Part shown: in pieces, positions 32,018 through 42,700 of the stretch | Layout of the letters: each line of letters begins with the position of its first letter | Numbering within the stretch: the stretch's first letter is position 1 | Source of the DNA: Schizochytrium sp. TIO01 | Taxonomy: Eukaryota > Protista > Bigyra: Labyrinthulomycetes | Length of the DNA: 64,000 bases | NCBI GenBank assembly: GCA_004764695.1 | Contig: SMSO01000025.1 | Location: 2,542,001 to 2,606,000 of the forward strand | Reading direction: 5' to 3' | The notes under the pieces: model-generated | Database searches by the model: none | Seen by the model: only the letters and a program-made list of their open reading frames with translations | Told to the model about the DNA's origin: nothing | Translations under genes and position numbers: made by a program

Positions 32018-33550
32018 ATGAGGATTCTTGCGCTCCATGGATGGCGCACCAACAAGGACATCCTGGCGTTCCAGCTAGGAGGTCTTTCGAAGGCCTTCAA
32101 AGAAACTTCAGACAAGGATGCAGAAGGGTCAGATGCGATCGAAATTGTGTGCATCAATGCTCCAAAGGATGCCAGCGGTCCGCCCTATCCTGAAGTCTCC
32201 AATGCTTTCGGTGATGACCAGCCTTACTATGAATGGTGGGATGCGGAGAAACATGCTGATGGAACTCGGGTCATGCATGGCATGGAGGACAGTGCAGGGT
32301 TCGTCATTGATTACATTATGCAAAATGGACCTTTCGACGCTTTGTTGGGATTTTCGCAGGGTGGAGCCATGGTGTCGTATCTTCAAGCCCGTGTAGAAAA
32401 TGACCCCTCGATAATCCCAACACATTTGCGCTGGCGCTGCTGCATTTTCATCGCAGGAGTTCCTGTTTTTGACACAGAACGTCGTGAACAGTATTTCTTG
32501 AGCCCTGAAGCCACCAAGGAGCGCGGAAAGTGGTGTCCGACCATTCACATGATTGGCGAAAAAGACCAGTACAAAGAATTATGTGGGATGCTTCACAAGC
32601 AATACCACGAATGCGCGCCAGACTCGACCTCGTTGATTGAATTCCCGGAACCTCACCACCCACCCACCTGGAGGCGCTCCTCGGGCCAGCTCTTGCGAGC
32701 AGCCAAGCTTATCCGCCGCACGTTGTTCCAGACCAAGCTCTGGTGGGCTTTTGATTTCGATGGGGTTTTATGCCATAGTGCAAAGGAAACATGTCTCTCG
32801 GGACTTCGTGCTGGGCACGTATTACTTCCAGATCTCTTTACAGACGAGGTCATGGCAGAAAATAGTGACATTGTTGACGCCTTTGTAAACCACTCAAGGC
32901 CTCTTTTGGAGCATGGTTACCACTCAATCATTCTATCTTACATGTTCCTCTCTCGCGCCCAGAAACTTGGACGTGATGCTATGCCCGAAATCCTGAAAGA
33001 TGTGAACAGTTGCATTCGTTTATCTGGTTTCGGCCCAGTGATTGAGGAGCTCGAAGACCTCGGGGTAACGGAAGACGACCTTAAACAGGAAATGCGCAAT
33101 GCTCGAGATCAGTGGATTGAAGAGGATCTTGAAGGCTGGCTTTCTGCTAACGAGTACTATGAAATTGCTGTTCGTGCAGTCTCGAAGTTGATTGCAGCAG
33201 GAGAATCGGTGTATGTGATCACTACTAAACATCAAGATTATGCCATTCAGTTACTGAATCGCGCGGGTCTTGAGCTCCCAGAGGACCATGTTTTTGGTGC
33301 CGGAATGGGTGCGAAAGAGACGGTAATTGAGTCCATTGCTGCCAATGAAAAAGGCAGAATTTGTTTTTTCATCGAAGATCGGGTTGGAACGCTTGAGCGA
33401 GTAGCTCCAAAGTTGGACTGTCCATGCCGTCTGGCTTTTGCACAGTGGGGTTACAACACTGACGAAGACCTTGCTGAGGCCAAGAAAAACAAGTTTGAAA
33501 TCCTGACAGATCAAGTCGACTTGGCTGATGTCGTGCGTGGCCAGCTTTAA
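32018..33550 (+). CDS. Fusion of an FSH1/OVCA2 serine hydrolase and a HAD-superfamily hydrolase
   Basis: Probable start MRILALHGW at 32018 (the ORF opens at 31877). FSH1 motifs: LHGW, YYEWW, GPFDALLGFSQG, HMIGEKD, His in PEPHHPP. HAD motifs follow: AFDFDGVLC, VITTK, FIEDR and LAFAQWGYN. Confidence 0.85.
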   Translation: MRILALHGWRTNKDILAFQLGGLSKAFKETSDKDAEGSDAIEIVCINAPKDASGPPYPEVSNAFGDDQPYYEWWDAEKHADGTRVMHGMEDSAGFVIDYIMQNGPFDALLGFSQGGAMVSYLQARVENDPSIIPTHLRWRCCIFIAGVPVFDTERREQYFLSPEATKERGKWCPTIHMIGEKDQYKELCGMLHKQYHECAPDSTSLIEFPEPHHPPTWRRSSGQLLRAAKLIRRTLFQTKLWWAFDFDGVLCHSAKETCLSGLRAGHVLLPDLFTDEVMAENSDIVDAFVNHSRPLLEHGYHSIILSYMFLSRAQKLGRDAMPEILKDVNSCIRLSGFGPVIEELEDLGVTEDDLKQEMRNARDQWIEEDLEGWLSANEYYEIAVRAVSKLIAAGESVYVITTKHQDYAIQLLNRAGLELPEDHVFGAGMGAKETVIESIAANEKGRICFFIEDRVGTLERVAPKLDCPCRLAFAQWGYNTDEDLAEAKKNKFEILTDQVDLADVVRGQL

Positions 33551-34028
33551 AATTGCTACTCATTTAAGAGGCAACTTTCAACTCCAACATGAACAGCATT
33601 TTTATAAATTTAGATCAAACTTAGTTCAATGCATTAGGCAATAATGGGTTCTGAAAATAGCAATACAATAGCAAACTAAGAAATGTTGAAAACCTCCAAT
33701 GCAAAGTTGTCTGACCTTCTAAGACCTTATGCCGATAGCTTGGTTTAAAGTCTGCTGTCCTCAATTTTTAGTTCATCAAGGTAGGTATTATTTCTATCCA
33801 GATGCGTATCCTTTTACCGCTTATATATTCGAAAGCAGAGACCAAACGTAAGTATACCATATTATTATTATCAAAATTTATATTTTAAAGTATGTAATAA
33901 TGCATTTCCTGGTTGATAGAGGGAACCTCTTTCTCAAGGGGATTCTTCTAAATGCAAAGCTGCTGATAGAACAAAACTAACGACAAACCTTCGAATCAAG
34001 ACTCGTCTTAGCATGTCTTTCTAGTTGA

Positions 34029-37000
34029 TTACTCATAGTCAGACTCCTCATCATTATTATCCTCTTCATCTTCATCTTCATCTTCATCTTCATCTTCCTC
34101 TTCATCATCATGTTCTTCTGAGCTTCCATCCTCACTGTCAGCATCGGATTCTTGCTCACGTTTTGCTGCGGTTGCCTTGTTTGAAGGTGGAGAGGTCTTG
34201 TTGCTTGAGAGCTTGCCTTGCGAAGCAGCTGCATTTGCTCGGTTATGGTTTTCTTGATTGCTCACTTCTACCTCATCAGAAGAACCCTCGTCACCACTGA
34301 TAATCTCTTCTTCATTGTCAATTTTACCTGATGATTTGCGAACGGGAGTCTTAAAGCGCGGGGGTGTGCCTTTGACGGTTGCGTCTTCAGGGGTACTACC
34401 CTCGCTCTTGCTACTGCAAGAGTCTTCATTAGCTTTCTTTTGCGCATCTAAGGCGGCTTTACGGGCCAAAGACTCTCCGTCGATAGCTTGGCCAAAGACA
34501 AACGAAACTATGCCAGCTCCAGCCTTACGTAAAATCACATCATCAACGGAGGCGCTACCAATATGGTGTGACCATTCGCAGAGGTCACCTTCGTTTGGTA
34601 GACTGATTTGTGGAGCGTCTACAGGAATCTCAGGAGGGGGGTTATAAGCCTCACCCTTCCCGGATACACAAGCGCGTTTCTGGCGACGAGCTAGAGGCCT
34701 TCGGCCATTTCCGCCATTTTCATCAGACTTGCTCGAACCCGCCTGATCATTCGCAGCCTTCTGTCTTGCCTCGTCTTCACGATCTACTCGAGCAGCCTCG
34801 TCGAGATCAATTTCCAAACATGAATGTGAAATCTTTTCAGCACTGCAACGCTCGCATTTGTACTTTTCATGGGTGTCAGAAATAGTATCCTCTCGCAGAC
34901 GAAACAGATCCTTGAGCTCATTGATGGAAATGGCGCTTTCCAAAGATTGTTCCTCAGCCACCACACTTTGCAGACCTTCTTTAGAAAGCTGGCGTTGAAA
35001 GACTTTCTCCTCGATGGATCCTGTCGCCAGAAAGCGATATACATAACAACGCTTTTTCTGGCCATCACGCCAAACGCGAGCAGCAGCCTGCTTGTCGGTA
35101 GCAGGGTTCCAGTCAGGATCGAACAAAATCAAACGATTGGCACCGATTAAATTGAGACCGCAACCACCGGCTTTTGAACTCAACAGGAATACGAAGACAT
35201 CATCTGTGGGGTCATTTAGGCGATCAACCATTGCTTGACGACGTTTGGCTGAGCATGAACCATCGAGACGAACGAAAGGGAAGTCATTTTCTGAGCACAT
35301 CATCGAAAACAGGTCCAGTGTCTGTGTATAATTGGAGACGATAACCATTCGATCACTCGTCTCTGCGCGTAATCGTTGTAAAAGTCGCAAGCAAAGCATA
35401 AACTTGCCAGACCATTCACAATTAGAATGCTGGGAAGAGTACCCAGGAATGTCCCCACCACTGTTGCGACCGATTCTGCGGCTACCTCCGGACGAACCAC
35501 CGAACCCAGGGGGGAAGAAGTCGTTAATGGTTTCTAGGCCGTAGCCTTCTTTGCGACCACTTGCCTTCTTTTCTGCATAAATTGATTTGGGTTTGTACAA
35601 AAGCTGAGGGTGATTACACAGTTTCTTCAACGCATTAATGGAATTCAACGCTTGTGCAGAAATAGCAGTTTGACCATTCTCTTTACTTGATTTTGATTCT
35701 TTTGCTTGCTCTTCCTTGCTGTAAATCAAGTGTTGATACATCCGCTTCTGCATATCCGTCATGTGCACACAAACAATTTGTGTTAATTTCGGGGGAAGAT
35801 GTTTGGATAAAAGTGAGTTAGTGCGACGCAAGATGAACATATTGACAATGTCAGAGAGTTCTTGACTTCGCTCCTCAGATTTACGGACTTGTTCATCAGT
35901 TGCATCTGGCTCGCGACCAAGAAGAATTGGGTTCTGATATTTACGACGGAATTGGGAGACTGTACCGAGAACTTCGGGATTACAAAAGTTTACCATTGCA
36001 AAGAACTCCTCCAAATCGTTCTGCATTGGCGTGCCACTTAGAAGGATACGACGTTTTGTTTTTAATTTATCCAGAGCTATGCTTGTCTGCGTTTGGTCAT
36101 TCTTGAGACGATGCGCTTCATCGCAAATAAGCAAATCGCAGGCAGAGTCCCCAGTAAACATTGAAGCGTTAATGCGAAAAGTATCATAACTGATGACTAG
36201 GACATCGTATTGGCGTGTCGAAGTGAAAGCGCGAATGCGTTTTTCGTTTTCTGATTTGGATGACTCAGCAAGTGCCAAGCACCGGACACGACCCTTGAGC
36301 CACTTTTCGATTTCATTATCCCAGTTTCGAACAAGACTAGTCGGTGTGACGACAATGACACGTTTCGCAATAGACTCTTCACTTGTGAGACCTTGTCTCA
36401 AAACCGTATACAAAAGGGTAATTGACTGCAAAGTCTTTCCCAGACCCATGTCATCGGCCAAAATACATCCGCATCCATTGAATTCTCTTAAGCCGGCAAT
36501 ACATTCAAAGAGGAATTGTATTCCTTCGCGCTGATGTTCGCGGAGAAATTTGCCAACAATAGGCTCAACTGTGATTTTATGATTGGTGGCGGGGTCTTCA
36601 TACAATACCACAGGATCCTTCTCGTACTTGAGAAAGAGGTCGTCCTGGGCTTCCTCAAATTTGGGTGCACTAGGATCTTCGTTTTCTTCACCAGCCAATC
36701 GAAGAGGCTTAAATTTCGATGGCGTGCCTGTGAGTTCAATGGGTTTCATTCGACGCATTCCCAACGATTTTCTACCCGCGTTGCGGCGCCCTAGGCCAGC
36801 CTCTGCAGCTGGCATTCTCCAACCTTTCGGACATGGTGGTCGGAATGCTTGGGCTAAGGTGCTGTTTGGCACCGTGAGGAATCGAAGCACAGGTGCTCTG
36901 TGTACTACAATATCACCGTCCCGCATTGTCTTTTCATTAAATCTTCTTGACGCTTCCTGGCTCAAATCTCCATCGCCATTACTGCCATTCGCGGACTCCC

Positions 37001-37052
37001 CATCATCAAATTCACGCTTCTTTACAGCGCTTGGCGCCACTGACCTGCGCAT
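34029..37052 (-). CDS. RAD54: DNA repair and recombination protein RAD54 (SNF2-family translocase)
   Basis: Likely start MRRSVAPS (typical Rad54 N-terminus) at 37052. Motifs LREHQREG, GCILADDMGLGKTLQSI, CDEAHRLKN, LSGTPMQNDL, FLLSSKAGGCGLNLIGANRLILFDPDWNPATDKQAAARVWRDGQ, H..KCERC Zn site and an acidic tail. Confidence 0.95.
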   Translation of the reverse strand: MRRSVAPSAVKKREFDDGESANGSNGDGDLSQEASRRFNEKTMRDGDIVVHRAPVLRFLTVPNSTLAQAFRPPCPKGWRMPAAEAGLGRRNAGRKSLGMRRMKPIELTGTPSKFKPLRLAGEENEDPSAPKFEEAQDDLFLKYEKDPVVLYEDPATNHKITVEPIVGKFLREHQREGIQFLFECIAGLREFNGCGCILADDMGLGKTLQSITLLYTVLRQGLTSEESIAKRVIVVTPTSLVRNWDNEIEKWLKGRVRCLALAESSKSENEKRIRAFTSTRQYDVLVISYDTFRINASMFTGDSACDLLICDEAHRLKNDQTQTSIALDKLKTKRRILLSGTPMQNDLEEFFAMVNFCNPEVLGTVSQFRRKYQNPILLGREPDATDEQVRKSEERSQELSDIVNMFILRRTNSLLSKHLPPKLTQIVCVHMTDMQKRMYQHLIYSKEEQAKESKSSKENGQTAISAQALNSINALKKLCNHPQLLYKPKSIYAEKKASGRKEGYGLETINDFFPPGFGGSSGGSRRIGRNSGGDIPGYSSQHSNCEWSGKFMLCLRLLQRLRAETSDRMVIVSNYTQTLDLFSMMCSENDFPFVRLDGSCSAKRRQAMVDRLNDPTDDVFVFLLSSKAGGCGLNLIGANRLILFDPDWNPATDKQAAARVWRDGQKKRCYVYRFLATGSIEEKVFQRQLSKEGLQSVVAEEQSLESAISINELKDLFRLREDTISDTHEKYKCERCSAEKISHSCLEIDLDEAARVDREDEARQKAANDQAGSSKSDENGGNGRRPLARRQKRACVSGKGEAYNPPPEIPVDAPQISLPNEGDLCEWSHHIGSASVDDVILRKAGAGIVSFVFGQAIDGESLARKAALDAQKKANEDSCSSKSEGSTPEDATVKGTPPRFKTPVRKSSGKIDNEEEIISGDEGSSDEVEVSNQENHNRANAAASQGKLSSNKTSPPSNKATAAKREQESDADSEDGSSEEHDDEEEDEDEDEDEDEEDNNDEESDYE

Positions 37053-38643
37053 TTTAGTCAAATGATTTAGACTGTGGACACACAAAAACGAGTTAAAGTT
37101 TTGGTTCCAGCCTTGCAGCAACTTGCGTCAGAAACCGCCTCAGAACAGCACTATGATGCAGAACGCGGTCCCAATCAGCAGCTTGGCTTCTAGTGATCCC
37201 CTAAGTAACTCCTATACAGCTCTACTACCGGAACCCGAGCCAGATCGGTACCTCTCGCTGATCTCCGTAGCCGTCGGGTTCTTCTCCTCACAGGTCCGTT
37301 GGGAGGCTCTTTACAACAAATTCTTTCCGTTCGAAGCTGCCAGTTGGACCATATACTCTGCTCCTGGTTGGAATTACTGAATTGCCTTCTGCACAGGAAA
37401 TGGCCAAAGAGATCCGAATAAAATAAAGCCCAAATCCACAAAAACAAGAACACTAAGAAGAAGAGCGAAAGATCTGCAGCACTTCTTGGTATGCCTTTGC
37501 GTAAACAAACCCCGAGCAATTGGCACCACAGCACACAGGCTCAGGTGCTGGAGTTGTTCACGATCGTCTTCACTGAGAGGAGTGAGTGGGTTCCGCACGC
37601 TGGTCTTGATTTCGAAGGTTTACTCGCTTGGAAAATCGGGTTGATCGGCAGTGGTGACACGGGCTCCAGTTCGTCGAATACGACACTAGCACCACGTCTG
37701 CTCGAAACCCAAGTTGATCGATAGCCTATCAGCAGATGCTTCGAAAGAGGCCCAGCACAAGTTCTGCTCGCTTGCGGGTCTGCCGTCTCGGCGGAGCCAG
37801 GCGCAAGCAAAAGGCAGTTTGCATCCCCTATTTGTACTTTGTTTACCTTCTCCATTCCTAGAAGGTAGATAGGGGCTACCTTACAACTATGTAATCTTTT
37901 CCTACACGAACCCCATTAAAATACAATAAGAGTACGCTAAGAGTGCATCAATTAAATACGGTCCTCGCTTTCATAGTAAAAAAGCGGAGGAGGAAAAACT
38001 CTTGCCTCCCCGAAAAGGCTATCTACTCCTACCCAGGTCCTACACCTGCACCTCTGTGTCTCTTATTTCCAATCTAAAGGAGAATATGCATAGAGTACAC
38101 CCGGTCTTGTGGTTCCTTCTACCCCCATTCCCATAGCCGTCGTTAGAGGGCGACGGCGCGTTCTCTCGTTCCCATACACACCGCGGCGAGCACGCACCAA
38201 TTTTGAAAAGGGCTTGATTAATCTAGGTTACTGGGAGGATGGATACCCACCGCGGCGAGGACGCAGAGGGACAACGGCGGATAGTGCCCTAAGGTCCCTG
38301 GGTAGCAAAATGCATAGCAATGGGGATGGAATTCGAAGCTAACAGTATCTATTGGAAGGAGTAAGCGAAAGAAGGATGAACTAACAGACGATTTAAGAAG
38401 CCAGGTCGAAGGAGAGCAACAAAGCAGCGGAGCAACAGAGCGGAACCTTGAGGTCAAGGCTGCAGTGCTGGGAAGGATCGCAGGACGTCTCTGCGTAGTG
38501 ATATGAAGTGGCTCCTGCGGTACCATAGAACAACAGAGAATCTGGAACAGAGGAAGGCTTCTGGGGCTGGAACTCGTTGAATCTGTGCAGCGTCGTTTGG
38601 GGATTTGAACCACAACAAACCAGTACAAGACAAGGAAGGCGGC

Positions 38644-39717
38644 ATGGGTGCGCGCCGAGCCGCGATGAGGTTGACGGGGAACATGGAGCGGTTAAGGTTG
38701 TGGACGCTAAGCAAAAAGTCTGGATTAGTAGCTTTGGCAGTTGCTGTAATCAATGTTTTAATGCTATGTGTTGTCTGCCCTGTTAATGCGTTAGAACGAA
38801 TGCATCACCAACATCCAGGAGAAGGTGCACTTGAAGAAGCAGCAACCGAAGCAGATCTCTCAGCAGCAACTATCATCTCGGGAATCCTTGAAAAGGATGT
38901 ATTAGAGTTCATTGCAACAGGGTATCTATCATGGGATCTTGGAAAGGAAATCGTAGCTTCACCTGACCAATTCGAAATAGAAGGAATTGAGAGAGATGCG
39001 CGGGCTGCACTTGTTCTCTTCACAGTCGGCGATTCTGAAGAGCGCCTCGAGCGCTCTTTGCGTACCATCGAGGCGAGTTTTGCACTTGATCAACTTCAAC
39101 AAGGGGTTCACCCGTACTTTGTTGCTGGCATCGTTGATGCAAAGAAACACTACGGCTTTGCTCGCACGTATGGCGTGGCAAGTTTTCCTTCTCTGGTGCT
39201 ATTTTGGAAACCACAAGGTCAAGCTTCATCACCTTCACCAACTTTGTCTACTCAGTGGGAATTGATCGAAGACCAGACCCTTTTTAAAAGCGTGAATTTG
39301 ATTAGAATGATTAATGAGAGGATACAGAGGTCCGCACCATTATGGGATGTTCCATCTAATGTATTGCTCCTTGACATGAGTACATATGATGCTTTGGTCG
39401 AAGATCCGAATTCTCATATTTTGGTTGTTCACTGCTGCGGAGGTACCACCCGTGACCAGGTCTCTTTAGCTTTAGAATCAGTGGCAAACAAACCTTTTTA
39501 TGATGCTCCAAAGTTTGCACTATCTGATGACCATATGCTTTGCGAGCGGCTTTCGATTAACCCAGGTGTGCTTGCAGCAATTTACTATGGAAAGGGAGGT
39601 GCAAAAAAACCAATCATTGCAGCCTCTGTACAGGCCGAGGAAGAATTAAGTCATTTAATAAGCGAGATCATGGTATTTCTTGCTGAGGAGGTCTCTGCAG
39701 AGGGCAAGTGCGCTTGA
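38644..39717 (+). CDS. Secretory-pathway thioredoxin-fold (PDI-like) protein lacking CGHC
   Basis: Hydrophobic signal segment (GLVALAVAVINVLMLCVVC). Trx-like segments VAGIVDAKKHYGFARTYGVASFPSLVLF and NVLLLDMSTYDALVEDPNSHILVV. The start codon is uncertain. Confidence 0.6.
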   Translation: MGARRAAMRLTGNMERLRLWTLSKKSGLVALAVAVINVLMLCVVCPVNALERMHHQHPGEGALEEAATEADLSAATIISGILEKDVLEFIATGYLSWDLGKEIVASPDQFEIEGIERDARAALVLFTVGDSEERLERSLRTIEASFALDQLQQGVHPYFVAGIVDAKKHYGFARTYGVASFPSLVLFWKPQGQASSPSPTLSTQWELIEDQTLFKSVNLIRMINERIQRSAPLWDVPSNVLLLDMSTYDALVEDPNSHILVVHCCGGTTRDQVSLALESVANKPFYDAPKFALSDDHMLCERLSINPGVLAAIYYGKGGAKKPIIAASVQAEEELSHLISEIMVFLAEEVSAEGKCA

Positions 39718-42700
39718 CCTTTTCATACAAATGTTGAAAAAAAGATACTATTATGTAGATTTTTCTTTTGTAAATTGTAAAATTATTCGTGTCATTTATA
39801 GTTCACATATTAACAGATTAATGTGCTGTGCAAATCAAGATAATACTTCTTTCTACTCGTAGATAGTATGTTGCCTTGGTCTTGCAATCCCCGAGTTGTC
39901 CGAATATCCATTACCCCTACTCAGAGGCTACTCTATCAATCATTTGACTTGGTTTGGGTAAAAACCTAACCAGTAATGTCAAATACAGGCTCAAATTCAG
40001 TAGATATTAAGAAATTTCTTTGATGCCTTCCGCTTCCCTGGCATCGTCATCACAGCCAACAGCCTACATAGCCTCCCGTCATAACGTTCCACAAAAGGCC
40101 TCGTAGTACGTACTATCCCTGAAGAGTATACGCAATGAAATGCTTCAGGCCTGACGCTCTATAGAGGCATGATTGATCTTGATCACAACTCATGGAACAA
40201 GTATATTTACTATTTCCCTTTCCAGTGAGGCCGCGACAGAGAAGCAGAGATAGGTAAGTACCTTGAAAGGTTGTGGTACTAGATAAGAGCCGAAGCAGAT
40301 GCGCGCGCATTTATGCTGTGTAAGCATTCAACCATTGACGACGCAGTTGATCCTCTCGCTTTGTAAAGCACTCATCAACTGTGTGAGGAGAAGTTAAGTT
40401 GCTCAGAACAGTTAAGAGGTCCCTCCTGACCAACTGAAAGGGAACTCGCCCTCTCCCACCTGAATCGACCTGAAGACAAAAACACTTGCCGCAAGTTTAC
40501 TAACTGATATAAAAAGAGTGGCTTTCCAGGCTCCTCTGGGGCCAATCAAGCCTGGAGAGCAACTTACCCATGCCTCAGCTTGGCACCTACATAGAGCTCA
40601 GCGAGCGTCTCATAGGTCCTCATCACTGACCGTAAAATATATTTATACAAAATTTTCGCCTAAAAATACCAACTCAAAAGATGAACTCCAAATTCGAAAT
40701 TCAAATTTGCAAATTTGACAAAGAAAAAAAGGGATTAACCTTTGGACCTCGCAATCCAAAACCCAAACTCCAAAGGGATGAGATGGGCATGAAAATCCAA
40801 GTTCGGCGGCCGGAGCCTCCGAAGCCCGCAAGAGCAAGTGCTTCATAGACCACAGCTGCCTTCCGGGTGCAAGGTTCGTCCGCGGCGGCTCACCCACCCA
40901 CCTCAGTACCCGCTCTTTGCTCCGCTTTGTCCGCAACACACAGCAGCAAAGTTGAAGAAGCCGTGTAGACTGCAACAATGACACAAGTGACGAGCTCCAG
41001 GCTTCCTTTCGTTGCGGCTTTCAGCCTTGGAGTTTGATGTAGCCACGACTAAGGAATCCAGCGGGCTCAGCGCAAGCTCGACTGGGAGGAAGCGCGTCTC
41101 ATTGCTGTGAAAGCGCATGGTTTGAGTGTGCTCTGATTGCTTCAGAACTGGGCTCGCGCCGATTGAAAAGATAAAAGGTCTTATTCTCTGGCGGCTCCAG
41201 TCATTTTCTTTTCGGATATCACGCTTGGCTTGGTCCTGTTTTAGGAGTGCTTGTCTCTCGCAATGTACCTATGCTGCACACTCTGGGCCTCGGAAAAGCC
41301 TAGATACCCAGAGGCGTGGACGATGACTCGTTCACGAATGCTCAAGGTTTGCCAGAGGAGAAGCAATCGTTATGGCGTATTCCTCACTGCGATTCTCTTG
41401 GTTCTGCCTTTGGGTGTACATAATACCAAGCAAAACGAGCCTCCTGAAAACTTTGGCAGGAAGGCTGATTGCAATAAGAAGGCTACAGTTCACTGTTTTG
41501 AGTCCTTACGTGCAGATGTTGGGGTGTATGTATGCTTGTTTTGGTTTCCATCATCACCCAAGAAGCAGCGAATGAGGAAAATCATGAACACCATTTTCGC
41601 AATCAGTGGGATTGCTCTTTCATACCACACAAAACATCGTCATCAACTTTGAAAGGTGCCTTCACTGGCTACCAACTGTTCGCCTACCAAACTTACAAAC
41701 CACGCGGAATTCTCAGCGAATTTACCTCTACTTTGAAATCACAATGAAGAACCTTGGCGTCTGTATTTTGTATTTAGGAGTCAGCACTGAGAATCTTCAA
41801 ATGGGCCTCCTTGCGGCTGAGGTCATTACCATGCAAGGATGATATGATGGAAGGATGCTTCTTCAGTGAACCGCAGGGCTCAAACAGAAGTAGCACGACG
41901 AGGATGAGGTACCTAGTGTGCTAGCTAGCTATAGCACTTCACTTCCCTGTCCCTCTCATCCACCACTTTCATTCAGCCTCGCACTTTCACCTGCACTTCT
42001 TCGCCATCTTTTGGGTGTCTTCATTTAGTTCCACCACTCAGTTGGGTTTTCAAGTCGCTCCGCCGGCGTAATGAAAACTTTCGCATGGAATTATGATACT
42101 AGTGCTTGCTTACATCATCTTCGTTACGAGTAGGTATTGAGAAATCGTGATTAGATTAATAAATATGCAAGCAAAGCAAGCTCCGAGGCCCCATCAGCAA
42201 TGCACCAAAACGCTTCACGCAGAGAAGCTCAGAAAGTCATGCAGGTCTTGATATTCTGGGACTCCTGGTCCTGCCCCTTCGAAGCTCAGAAACCCTTTCC
42301 ATGCTTGAAACTTAAGCTCTTCTCTTGATCTTTGACCTGTCAATATCAAGTCGACAGAGTTTAACTTCTTATCCACCATCGCATTCGAGTGCCTAAGGTA
42401 TTCAGAAACCTACCTACCTGCCTGACTAGGTACAGCTTCAGAATTTACTATTGTCATCATTATATATATGAAAAGTAAAAATGAAATAACTCGAAAGCGA
42501 AAAAAACAAAAAACAAAAAAAAAACTTCTTGTATTTTCAGGACCGTGCGTCTTCGACCCTGGAGTTGCCTTCATCTGAATCTGCGGAGCCCCTCGCGGGT
42601 GGTTAGGAGGGACTGGAAGCCGTTTGCATGATAGGCGTCTTTAAATCACTTATAATACCATATTGGTGCGCGGTGTAAGGCAATAAAATACGCACTCGAG

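Noticed and set aside
37190-37855. Minus-strand ORFs upstream of RAD54
   Set aside because: No recognisable protein features; RAD54 has its own canonical MRRS start, so this is more likely UTR or promoter.
40978-41052. Short ORF with in-frame TGA followed by Cys (selenoprotein idea)
   Set aside because: Too short, no redox motif context and no SECIS identified.
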